A DNA stretch of 42,420 nt from Candidatus Omnitrophota bacterium (GCA_028702395.1 JAQVOV010000002.1:27213-69632); one strand, 5' to 3'; positions 17,870 through 26,127 are shown, numbered from the stretch's first letter. Made by a program: numbers and translations. The notes: generated by a model not told the origin, from the letters alone.

Positions 17870-19223
17870 TTTTCATTAACTCTATCTTTCGCACAACCTC
17901 TTCCATCTTCGCTTTACGTGAACCTTTGACAAGTATTATATCATTAGGTTCAAGTATATTAAACAATTGTTTATACAGACTTTCTTTTTCATTAAAAACA
18001 AAAACATGTGCTTTTTCCATACCATTTTTTATTGCACCATTTGCTATATACGCGGCTTCTTTTCCGACAGTGATAAGTTTGTCTATTTTTGCAGATGCTA
18101 TGTTCTTCCCGATCTGAATATGCAGTTTTTTGGACTGTTCTCCGAGTTCTAACATATCTGAAACAATTATGATTTTTTTATTTTTCCCTATTTTATCCAA
18201 GGATTCTATTGCCTTTTGCATTGATAAAGGATTAGAATTGTAAGTATCATCAATAACTGTATATCTGCCTTTTCTACTTACAAAGAATCTGTTCTTGTTT
18301 TCTGCTCTATATTTTTTCAAACTCAGCGCCATTTTTTTTAAAGGTATATCAAAGATCTGTCCAACAGTTACTGCACATAATACATTATAAAGGTTATGTT
18401 TCCCAATTAAGCTCACTGTAAATTTAACACTACCAACATAAAACGAAAGAGCCCCTTTTTTATCATAATATTTGTCATTATGACTTTTCTTGTCTATGTT
18501 AAACATGACTTTTTTACAGTGTACCTTTATTTTGTTCAAAAGCTGATCATCTCCGTTCAACACAGCTATTCCATTATCAGGCAAAGAATTGATAAGTTCT
18601 TTTTTTTCTTTTAAAACATTAAGGCGTGTCTTAAATCCTTTTAAATGTGCATCTCCAACATTTGTTATCACTCCTACGTCAGGCTGTACTATCTGTGACA
18701 ATCTAGAAATTTCACCGGGTGAATTTGTCCCAAGCTCAACAACACCTACTTCATGTGTTTTCTTTAACTGAAATAATGTTAAAGGAACACCGATAAAATT
18801 ATTCTTTGTTCCTTCTGTTTTAAGAACCTTATAACTTTTAGATAAAAGAAAAGCTATTATTTCTTTTGTGCTTGTCTTTCCTGCAGAACCTGTTATTGCG
18901 ACTATTGGGATATCCATTTTACATCTGTAAAAACAAGCAATATCACCCATATTTTTGATCGTATCTTTTACGAAAAAAACGGGAATATGTTTTTCTACTG
19001 CAACGGCATCTTTTGTATTTTTTGAAGCAATAATGCAAACTGCTCCTTTTTTATATGCTTCGAGTACAAAATCATTACCGTTGAATCTTTCCCCTTTGAT
19101 GGCAATGTAAAGATCGCCCTTTTTCACCTTGCGGGAATCAATGCAAACACCTTTGATCTTTGTTCGATCATCTTTATATTTACGGTTCTTTAGAACCTGG
19201 GCTATTTCTGAAACAGTGAACAT
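17817..19223 (-). CDS. murF: UDP-N-acetylmuramoyl-tripeptide--D-alanyl-D-alanine ligase
   Basis: 468 aa with the Mur ligase P-loop GSAGKTSTKE. The last ~17 aa (SSLQPSAVSSQPEEDPK) are encoded by the repeat element. Confidence 0.9.
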   Translation of the reverse strand: MFTVSEIAQVLKNRKYKDDRTKIKGVCIDSRKVKKGDLYIAIKGERFNGNDFVLEAYKKGAVCIIASKNTKDAVAVEKHIPVFFVKDTIKNMGDIACFYRCKMDIPIVAITGSAGKTSTKEIIAFLLSKSYKVLKTEGTKNNFIGVPLTLFQLKKTHEVGVVELGTNSPGEISRLSQIVQPDVGVITNVGDAHLKGFKTRLNVLKEKKELINSLPDNGIAVLNGDDQLLNKIKVHCKKVMFNIDKKSHNDKYYDKKGALSFYVGSVKFTVSLIGKHNLYNVLCAVTVGQIFDIPLKKMALSLKKYRAENKNRFFVSRKGRYTVIDDTYNSNPLSMQKAIESLDKIGKNKKIIIVSDMLELGEQSKKLHIQIGKNIASAKIDKLITVGKEAAYIANGAIKNGMEKAHVFVFNEKESLYKQLFNILEPNDIILVKGSRKAKMEEVVRKIELMKSSLQPSAVSSQPEEDPK

Positions 19224-19436
19224 TGGACTCCTTTATTTAGTGACTAGTAACTAGAAACTAGTTACTAGAAATAATTGCTTTAAAGCTATTTCGTTTATGA
19301 AGTTTCTTACATAATCTCTCTAAAATTGTTGCTAATTAATCAATTAAATTTTTATTCTCTATCTTAGGATATCTTAAGATCAATTTATCCTAGTCACTAG
19401 TCACGAATCCCTATCACCTGATACCTAGTCACGAAC
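19224..19436. repeat. composite intercistronic hairpin element (TAGTNAC-word arms, ATCTTAAGATCAATTTATC core)
   Basis: Arms at 19237-19268 and 19390-19436. Core motif at 19369-19389. The right arm overlaps the last codons of murE. Confidence 0.75.
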
Positions 19437-20843
19437 TCCTATTAACTCCTTAACAACCTTCACATCATCAAACTTCATCTTCTTGTTTCCTATTATCTGA
19501 TATTTCTCATGCCCTTTTCCGGCAATAATAACGATACTATCCTTTTGTGCGATGTTCAAAGCTATTTTGATAGCTTCACGTCTGTCTTTTTCTATAATGA
19601 CTTTACTAATATATTTTTTTATGCCTTTTACAATATCATTGATAATACAAGCAGGATCTTCTGTTCTTGGATTATCACTTGTGACAAGGACTTTATCTGA
19701 TAACATGCATGCAACTTCACCCATTTTGGGTCTTTTAGTCTTATCTCTGTCTCCTCCGCATCCGAAAACTGTAATAATTTGTTTTGGTCTTATTTCCTGT
19801 AAGGTCCGTAAAACATTTAAAAGTGCGTCAGCAGTATGTGCATAATCGACAAACACTTTAAACTTTTTATTGATCTTTACAGGCTGCAGACGACCATCCG
19901 GTGGTTTAGCATTACCAATACTTTTTATAACATCTTTGATATTAATACCTAAAAAAACACCCGCAGAAACAGCTGCTAATATATTTGAAATATTATGTCT
20001 GCCGATAAGGGATGTTTTTACCTTGTACTTTTTATCAAAAACATTGAGATCAAAAGTTGAACCTGCCAAAGTCATTTCAATGTTTTCTGCATAAACATCC
20101 GTTTTTTTACCTACACTGAAGCCTATGCATCTGTTCTTAAGCTCTTTTTTAAGTATTTTTCCTTTTGGGTCATCAATATTGACAATAGCAATTCCTTTTT
20201 TTTTAAGGTTAACAAATATTTTTTTCTTTGCTTTGAAATAACTATTTATATTTTTGTGATAATCCATATGTTCTGGGGTAAGATTGGTAAAGACTGCCAC
20301 GTCGTAAAAAACATGTCCTGCTCTTTCCTGTTCCAACGCATGAGAAGAAACTTCCATTATGGAGTACTTTATCTTTTCTCTGACAATATCCGACAACAAT
20401 CTGTTGAGTGTAAAAGCATCCGGAGTAGTCCTATCTGCATCAACTGTCTTTTCACCTATCTTATAATAGATCGTTCCTATCAGACCTGTCCTTTTACCTG
20501 AATCCTTTAATATCTTATCCAGCAAAAACGAAACAGTTGTCTTTCCATTAGTACCTGTTATACCAATATTAAAAAGTTTTTTTGAGGGTTCATCGAAATA
20601 CTCTGAACAATTTCTCGAATACTCTTTATGAGAATTTTGTACGATCTTTATTTTTTTAGAAGAAACATGTACCTTTTTGGAAAGTTTCTTCCATATATCC
20701 TTTTGGACTATACAAAACTTTGCACCTTTATCTATTGCAGACTCAATATGCTGATGTCCATCGGAAACAGCTCCTTTTAAGGCAATAAAGATATCCCCTT
20801 TTTGAACTTTTCTTGAATCTGATGTGAATTTTGGTCGTTCCAT
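19425..20843 (-). CDS. murE: UDP-N-acetylmuramoyl-L-alanyl-D-glutamate--2,6-diaminopimelate ligase
   Basis: 472 aa with the P-loop GTNGKTT and a MurE-type DNPR motif (SDNPRTEDP). Confidence 0.9.
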   Translation of the reverse strand: MERPKFTSDSRKVQKGDIFIALKGAVSDGHQHIESAIDKGAKFCIVQKDIWKKLSKKVHVSSKKIKIVQNSHKEYSRNCSEYFDEPSKKLFNIGITGTNGKTTVSFLLDKILKDSGKRTGLIGTIYYKIGEKTVDADRTTPDAFTLNRLLSDIVREKIKYSIMEVSSHALEQERAGHVFYDVAVFTNLTPEHMDYHKNINSYFKAKKKIFVNLKKKGIAIVNIDDPKGKILKKELKNRCIGFSVGKKTDVYAENIEMTLAGSTFDLNVFDKKYKVKTSLIGRHNISNILAAVSAGVFLGINIKDVIKSIGNAKPPDGRLQPVKINKKFKVFVDYAHTADALLNVLRTLQEIRPKQIITVFGCGGDRDKTKRPKMGEVACMLSDKVLVTSDNPRTEDPACIINDIVKGIKKYISKVIIEKDRREAIKIALNIAQKDSIVIIAGKGHEKYQIIGNKKMKFDDVKVVKELIGVRD

Positions 20844-20949
20844 TTAACTCCTTTATAGCATGTTCGAAATTCGGTAATCGAAAATCGGAAATCGAATTGT
20901 TTTTTGTTTTCCGACTACCGTCTCCCGACTCCCGATTTACGAATGCTTA
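20844..20949 (-). repeat. minimal hairpin element: two 35-nt heptamer-word arms and a 12-nt loop
   Basis: Left arm TTCGAAA TTCGGTA ATCGAAA ATCGGAA ATCGAA (20863-20896). Loop TTGTTTTTTGTT. Right arm TTCCGAC TACCGTC TCCCGAC TCCCGAT TTACGAA (20909-20943). Confidence 0.85.
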
Positions 20950-22626
20950 TTAACTCTCCTCCGGCACCTCTAGATACCTTAATGACTTCTGCATAACTTC
21001 CCTGAATACAGGTGCAGCAACACTTCCTCCGAAATAATCGCCCTTAGGTTCATTTACACTCACAACAACAACAAGTTCTGGGTCTTTATAAGGTGCAAAT
21101 CCCATAAATGAAGCAATGTATTTGCCTTCTGCATACCTGCCGCCTATGACCTTTTGTGCTGTTCCTGTTTTACCGCAAGCATAATATCCATTCAATATTG
21201 CTTTTTTCCCTGTACCGCTTTGTACAGCTCCTTTTAATATTTCTTTAACAGTATCTGCACTTTTTCCGCTTATAACCCTTTTTTTTATTTTTGGCTTGAA
21301 TTTTTTTATCACGTTACCATTTTCATCCCTTATCTCTTTAACAATATACGGCTGCATCAGCAATCCTCCATTAGCAACTACGCTCAAAGCATCCGCCAAT
21401 TGTAAAGTTGTACATGAAACACCCTGTCCCATTGGGATAGTTGTCATATCAGATGGGGTCCACGTTCTCACGTTCCTTAAAATTCCATTTTCCTCTCCAG
21501 GGAGATCTATACCTGTTGACTGACCAATTCCAAAATTCAATAGATAATTGTAGAAATCATCTTCTCCTATTTTAGCTGTTGCTTTAACTGTTCCTATATT
21601 GCTGGATTTCTGTATAACTTGAGAAAAAGACAGGTTACCATAACCATGATAGTCATGAAGAACCCTTTTTCCGACGCTATACTGTCCATTCTCACAAAAG
21701 AACATATCATCAGGTTTGACCTTTCCAGTATCAATATCAGCACACGCACTTAACACTTTAAAAACACTGCCAGGTTCATAAACATCTGTTATACACCTAT
21801 TTTTGAGATCCTCTTTCTCTGCTTTTGAATATTGATTATTCTCATAACTGGGATAAGAACACATTGCATATATCTCTCCCGTAATAGGGGACATTACTAT
21901 TATCATTGCAGATTCCGGTTTTCTTTTTTTCACAAGCTCTCGCATTTCGGTTTCTACTGTATGCTGTATTACTTCATCAATAGTAAGTATAATATCATAC
22001 CCTTTTTTGGCAGGTAAGAACTCCTCGTATGATGATATTTTATTTTGCCTGGCATCCCTGAAAAAGCTTTTCCATCCGTATTTACCCCTTAAAAAATTTT
22101 CATAATAAAGTTCTATACCTTCGATCCCTTTGTTATCAATATCTGTAAAACCTATCACATGACATAAGAGATCACCTTTAGGATAACTTCTTTTTGTTTC
22201 CTGTAAAAGGTAAAGCCCGTTGATTTTTGATATTTTTATTCTGGTGGTTTCTTCAGACGAAAGTCCGCGTTTTATCCAGATGAACGCCTTATCTTTATTG
22301 ATACGTTCCCTCACAATGTTTTCATCAACATCTATCAGTTCACATATAGACCTTATAACTTCTTCTTTGTTGGTTATTTCACGAGGAACAGCATAAAGGC
22401 TTTCTATAGGCGTGTCAACTGCAAAAGCCCTGTTATTTCTATCAAAAATACCACCTCTTTCAGGTGCAAGTTCTATTTTAACTCTATGCTGTATATCTGC
22501 TTTTTTCTTGAAAAACTCATAGTTTATCACCTGCCTATTATACACTCTTAATATAAGACATATGAATAATATGCAAAACAAAAAAAGGACTATTAATTGT
22601 CTTTTACGGTTTATGTTTCTATACAC
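20950..22626 (-). CDS. ftsI: peptidoglycan D,D-transpeptidase (class B PBP)
   Basis: 558 aa with an N-terminal TM helix and the transpeptidase motifs SVFK, SSN and KTGTA. Confidence 0.9.
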   Translation of the reverse strand: MYRNINRKRQLIVLFLFCILFICLILRVYNRQVINYEFFKKKADIQHRVKIELAPERGGIFDRNNRAFAVDTPIESLYAVPREITNKEEVIRSICELIDVDENIVRERINKDKAFIWIKRGLSSEETTRIKISKINGLYLLQETKRSYPKGDLLCHVIGFTDIDNKGIEGIELYYENFLRGKYGWKSFFRDARQNKISSYEEFLPAKKGYDIILTIDEVIQHTVETEMRELVKKRKPESAMIIVMSPITGEIYAMCSYPSYENNQYSKAEKEDLKNRCITDVYEPGSVFKVLSACADIDTGKVKPDDMFFCENGQYSVGKRVLHDYHGYGNLSFSQVIQKSSNIGTVKATAKIGEDDFYNYLLNFGIGQSTGIDLPGEENGILRNVRTWTPSDMTTIPMGQGVSCTTLQLADALSVVANGGLLMQPYIVKEIRDENGNVIKKFKPKIKKRVISGKSADTVKEILKGAVQSGTGKKAILNGYYACGKTGTAQKVIGGRYAEGKYIASFMGFAPYKDPELVVVVSVNEPKGDYFGGSVAAPVFREVMQKSLRYLEVPEES

Positions 22627-22643
22627 TTATTATCAGTGGTAAG

Positions 22644-23000
22644 TTATTTAGAATCACGTGCTTCAGCTGTCAATGTGATACTATCAAAAAATCTATCTAA
22701 CATGCTTATACGCGGGCTCAAAGGTTTCTCTTGTTCAGCCTTTACACAAGCATAATAGATGTTTTGCACATCAGCCTCAACTAATTCTATACTTTCTGAA
22801 CTCAACCTCTCGCATAACGTAAACGGAGATTCAAGTTTATTTAGATTATACACCAATTGTTTATGCTCGTCAAGGTAAGTAGAAAGAAGCTGTTCCTGTT
22901 TTGTGATACCGTAGCCTATATTGATGATCTCAACATTTTGATATACATAAAGAAGTGTCAATAATGTCAATGTTATACTTATACTGAAAAACTTTCTCAT
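22644..23000 (-). CDS. ftsL: cell division protein FtsL-like
   Basis: 118 aa with an N-terminal TM helix followed by a coiled-coil-like segment. It lies between rsmH and ftsI. Confidence 0.6.
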   Translation of the reverse strand: MRKFFSISITLTLLTLLYVYQNVEIINIGYGITKQEQLLSTYLDEHKQLVYNLNKLESPFTLCERLSSESIELVEADVQNIYYACVKAEQEKPLSPRISMLDRFFDSITLTAEARDSK

Positions 23001-23132
23001 ATTATATTTTCCTTTCTCTTTATATATCCAAACTCGTAACCTTTATATTTGTTCTTTATTAACTTTCCCCTATCATCTGTAAGCTATCACCAAAAGAAGT
23101 ACCTAAACAACCATTACTAATCGAATTTTTTT

Positions 23133-23198
23133 AGGACCATCCACAAGCTGAGCCCTGCCTGCCGGCAGGCAGGGCTAATAGCTGAAAGCTGATGGCTA
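23133..23198 (-). repeat. hairpin-element arm (AGCTGAA words) carrying an inserted GC-rich palindrome
   Basis: Box AGGACCATCCAC at 23133-23144. The arm AAGCTGAG...CTAATAGCTGAAAGCTGATGGCTA is interrupted by CCCTGCCTGCCGGCAGGCAGGG (23153-23174). The partner arm near 23070-23095 is degenerate. Confidence 0.6.
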
Positions 23199-24110
23199 AT
23201 TTTTTTCTATAACCCTCAATTTCGCACTTCTAGCTCTAGGGTTAGCTGCTGTTTCCTCTTCAGTTGGTATAATAGGTTTTTTTGTCAATATTTTAAAATC
23301 TTCCTTGTTTTTAGCCAGTTCCCTAAAGAATTGTTTGATTATACGGTCTTCCAAAGAATGAAATGATATCACACACAATCTGGCTTTTGGCGCAAGGAAC
23401 GTTACAACTTTTTCTAGTGCCTGTTTTATTGATCCCAACTCATTATTTACTTCTATCCTTATAGCCTGAAAAGTCTTTGTAGCAGGATGTATACGTGACC
23501 TTTTACCGCCCCTGCTAAGCGCTTTTAAGACTATTCCGGCAAGTTCATATGTAGTCTCTATCTTTTTGGTCTTTCTTGCGTTAACAATATATCTTGCGAT
23601 CTTCCTTGATGCCCTTTCCTCTCCAAACTGATAAATTACATCTGCTAATTGTTTTTCAGGATATCTATTGACAACATCAAAAGCCGTAATTCTTTGTGAA
23701 AGATCCATCCGCATATCAAGCGGTCCGTTTTCTTTAATACTAAATCCCCTTTGAGGGGTATCTATCTGAAATGATGATATTCCAAGATCAAATAATGCAC
23801 CATTCAGCTTGTCTATGCCATTGTTCTTTAATATTACTTCAAGTTCATCAAAATTTGCATGCTCAATTTTATAGTTTTTTTCTGGATATTCAGCAGATAA
23901 CCTTTTTTTTGCGATATTTATCGCCTGGCCATCTCTGTCTATTCCTATTAAAAAACCTTGAGGCAAAATTCTTTCAAGGAGCCGTTTTGAGTGTCCTGCA
24001 CAGCCAACCGTGCCATCAAGTATCTTATCCCCATTAATTGGGTTAAGATACTTGATGACCTCTTCAGATAACACTGAAATATGCAACTCACTATTTGTAT
24101 TCAACTGCAA
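23196..24110 (-). CDS. rsmH: 16S rRNA (cytosine1402-N4)-methyltransferase
   Basis: 304 aa with HISVLSEEV at the N-terminus, a SAM-binding DGTVGCAGHS motif and DLGISS. Confidence 0.95.
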   Translation of the reverse strand: MQLNTNSELHISVLSEEVIKYLNPINGDKILDGTVGCAGHSKRLLERILPQGFLIGIDRDGQAINIAKKRLSAEYPEKNYKIEHANFDELEVILKNNGIDKLNGALFDLGISSFQIDTPQRGFSIKENGPLDMRMDLSQRITAFDVVNRYPEKQLADVIYQFGEERASRKIARYIVNARKTKKIETTYELAGIVLKALSRGGKRSRIHPATKTFQAIRIEVNNELGSIKQALEKVVTFLAPKARLCVISFHSLEDRIIKQFFRELAKNKEDFKILTKKPIIPTEEETAANPRARSAKLRVIEKN

Positions 24111-24273
24111 TTCTGTTGGAAGTTAAAAGAAAAGATGCATTAAACCCTAATCTTCTAGAGCTTGTAAGTCTTCTAGAATTAAGTTTTCTCATCTTTCTTA
24201 ACCTCTCAATGTTATTCAAAGGGTCCATGATCTCTGTTGTAGTATTTTCGTTCAAAACAAAAACAGTTCTCAT
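24091..24273 (-). CDS. hypothetical small protein (60 aa) in the mraZ-rsmH spacer
   Basis: The ORF is preceded by GGGGGTGGAAAATG and overlaps the rsmH start by 20 nt. No recognisable motif. Confidence 0.25.
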   Translation of the reverse strand: MRTVFVLNENTTTEIMDPLNNIERLRKMRKLNSRRLTSSRRLGFNASFLLTSNRIAVEYK

Positions 24274-24464
24274 TTTCCACCCCCTTTTTTTGGCACAACT
24301 ATACTTTTGCTGTACCTTTAAAATAAACTCTATAAAGATCGCTTATTTTTGCGATCTTATTCCTTAAACTTTGTTTCTTTGAATTAGCATATCTGAAAAG
24401 CTCTTGCTTATCTCTTTCCTTTATATGTAGTACTGCTAATCCGCTTATCATTTCATTATTCATT

Positions 24465-24905
24465 TTAGTCAAGCTCCATTAAGTTTTCTGCAATATCCTC
24501 GAAAGAACCCATCGTATTATTGTAAAATTCTTCCCATTTTTCTTTTGCCCATATTTCTATACGATTAGAAACCCCCACTATCCTTATATCTTTCTTTATT
24601 AGAGCATAATCAGTCAGGTATTTAGGGATAAGTATTCTGCCCTGTTTATCTGTGACAAGATCTACTGCTCCTGAAAAGAATAACCTGTTGAACTGACGAG
24701 ACTGCTTCTTTGTGAAAGACATTGTCTTGAATTTGTTTTCCTGCTGCTGCCACTCACTTTCAGTGAACATAAATAGACATGTATCAAGTCCCCTGGTAAC
24801 AAAGAACTTTTCTATATAATTATCCTTCATTGCCGTACGAAACTTAGACGGGATAATTATCCTTCCTTTATTATCTAATGAATGTTCAAATTCTCCGTAA
24901 AACAT
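24465..24905 (-). CDS. mraZ: transcriptional regulator MraZ
   Basis: MFYGEFEHSLDNKGRIIIP is the canonical MraZ N-terminus, and a second DxxGR-type repeat (DKQGRILIP) is present. The start is moved to the Met preceded by GGAGGATAAA, because the ORF-track start 24956 lies inside the promoter. Confidence 0.9.
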   Translation of the reverse strand: MFYGEFEHSLDNKGRIIIPSKFRTAMKDNYIEKFFVTRGLDTCLFMFTESEWQQQENKFKTMSFTKKQSRQFNRLFFSGAVDLVTDKQGRILIPKYLTDYALIKKDIRIVGVSNRIEIWAKEKWEEFYNNTMGSFEDIAENLMELD

Positions 24906-24912
24906 TTTATCC

Positions 24913-24939
24913 TCCACTTTCTTCCACTTTGCTCCACTT
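24913..24939 (-). promoter_or_regulatory. three direct AAGTGGA repeats with 10-nt period (candidate MraZ operator)
   Basis: Minus strand reads AAGTGGA GCA AAGTGGA AGA AAGTGGA, between the predicted -10 and the mraZ SD. Plus-strand TCCACTT copies at 24913, 24923 and 24933. Confidence 0.65.
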
Positions 24940-24947
24940 ATATTACA

Positions 24948-24976
24948 AATATACACATCTTGTAATATAAAGTCAA
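24948..24976 (-). promoter_or_regulatory. sigma70-like promoter of the dcw operon
   Basis: Minus strand reads TTGACT (24971-24976), a 17-nt spacer, then TATATT (24948-24953). Confidence 0.6.
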
Positions 24977-25250
24977 GCCTAAATCTCCCTTTTTAAAGAA
25001 ATTTTTTAAGCTTTCACAAAGACCCTATATGGGGTCTATGCATGGGGAAAAACACACTATATATGGTATCCCAAAAAAGCTTTTTTTTATTTCCGAGAAA
25101 AGATTTTACTTTTGGTTCAAATTGAGAAGGGATATTTTTATTTTTTGTGATCATAAAGCATTATAATGGCATGGATATAAAGCACATAAAAGTAATTTTA
25201 AAATGATCTACGACGGAAAACAAAGATCATGATCATTATAATCTAAAATG

Positions 25251-25282
25251 AAAAAGCACGGTTTTAAAAAACCGTGCTTTTT
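25251..25282. terminator. bidirectional rho-independent terminator
   Basis: AAAAAGCACGGTTTT/AAAAAACCGTGCTTTTT hairpin flanked by A and T runs, downstream of the XRE gene. Confidence 0.75.
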
Positions 25283-25313
25283 ATTTATAAAATAAATTAT
25301 TGCTTGGAAAAGA

Positions 25314-25532
25314 TCACTTCAAAAGATCAGACAGAGTAACTCCTAAAGTTTTTGCGATCTTTTTTAGAATATCGTCCGGAATAAGCGGAGGATCTATTCT
25401 TTCAATGCTTTTTAGAAACTCAATATCGATCTCTGTTTTTTCAGCTAAATTTTCTATTGTCATTACCCGTGCACGCCTTGCATTCATTATATTTCGTGCA
25501 ACTTTATATTGTCTATCTACGTTTTCCTGCAT
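25314..25532 (-). CDS. XRE-family helix-turn-helix transcriptional regulator
   Basis: 72 aa with an HTH_3-like segment MTIENLAEKTEIDIEFLKSIE. Confidence 0.75.
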   Translation of the reverse strand: MQENVDRQYKVARNIMNARRARVMTIENLAEKTEIDIEFLKSIERIDPPLIPDDILKKIAKTLGVTLSDLLK

Positions 25533-25721
25533 TTTGTCCTTTCTTTTTAATTAAACTAATACTTTTATTATCTTATTTATTTTTATATTATATCACAATT
25601 TTATATTTAAATTGTAACAGTTTTGTAATAGTTTTAATAAAAAGAATATCTATTAGATAAATTATAACAATCAATGGGTTTGAGCATAATAAACAGTATA
25701 TATTTAGGAAGGATAACTTAT

Positions 25722-25756
25722 AAAAAAAGCCCTATGTTTTCACATAGGGCTTTTTT
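25722..25756. terminator. bidirectional rho-independent terminator
   Basis: A7-GCCCTATG-loop-CATAGGGC-T6, downstream of the 25783-26127 gene. Confidence 0.75.
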
Positions 25757-25782
25757 AAAAATTACATTTGTTGAAAAATGTA

Positions 25783-26127
25783 TTATTCTGCAGCCAAATA
25801 TTGTGGTTCGTCTAGTATTGGCTCATAATCTGCTGGAACTGGAAATGGGAAAGAAACAACTTCATAAGCACCAACAACAGCTCTTACAACAGTGTTCTTA
25901 ACGCCATTAAATAGTCCTACAGTTAGACCTTTTCCAGCGCCTTCTGCATTACCTGTTCTCATCATTGTTCCTGGTATTTCGCACACAGCATCAACTATGT
26001 TCAAAAGACCTCTGCCTAATTTCTTTGCTGCAGGATGATCTACTACAGAATCACCTTCCGCTGCAAATGCTGGCATAACAGAAAGAACTAACGCCATTAC
26101 CATTAAACATGCAAAAACTTTTCTCAT
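25783..26127 (-). CDS. small secreted protein, exosortase-system-associated TIGR04073-like
   Basis: Signal peptide (VFACLMVMALVLSVMPAFA) and the pattern KLGRGLLN...EIP recalled for TIGR04073. The start is set at the Met preceded by AGGAG. Confidence 0.55.
   Translation of the reverse strand: MRKVFACLMVMALVLSVMPAFAAEGDSVVDHPAAKKLGRGLLNIVDAVCEIPGTMMRTGNAEGAGKGLTVGLFNGVKNTVVRAVVGAYEVVSFPFPVPADYEPILDEPQYLAAE

Noticed and set aside
24906-24956. Longer mraZ start (MYICNISGAKWKKVEDK…).
   Set aside because: The extension would be translated from the promoter -10 and the AAGTGGA operator repeats. The canonical MraZ N-terminus begins at the Met at 24905, which has a GGAGG SD.
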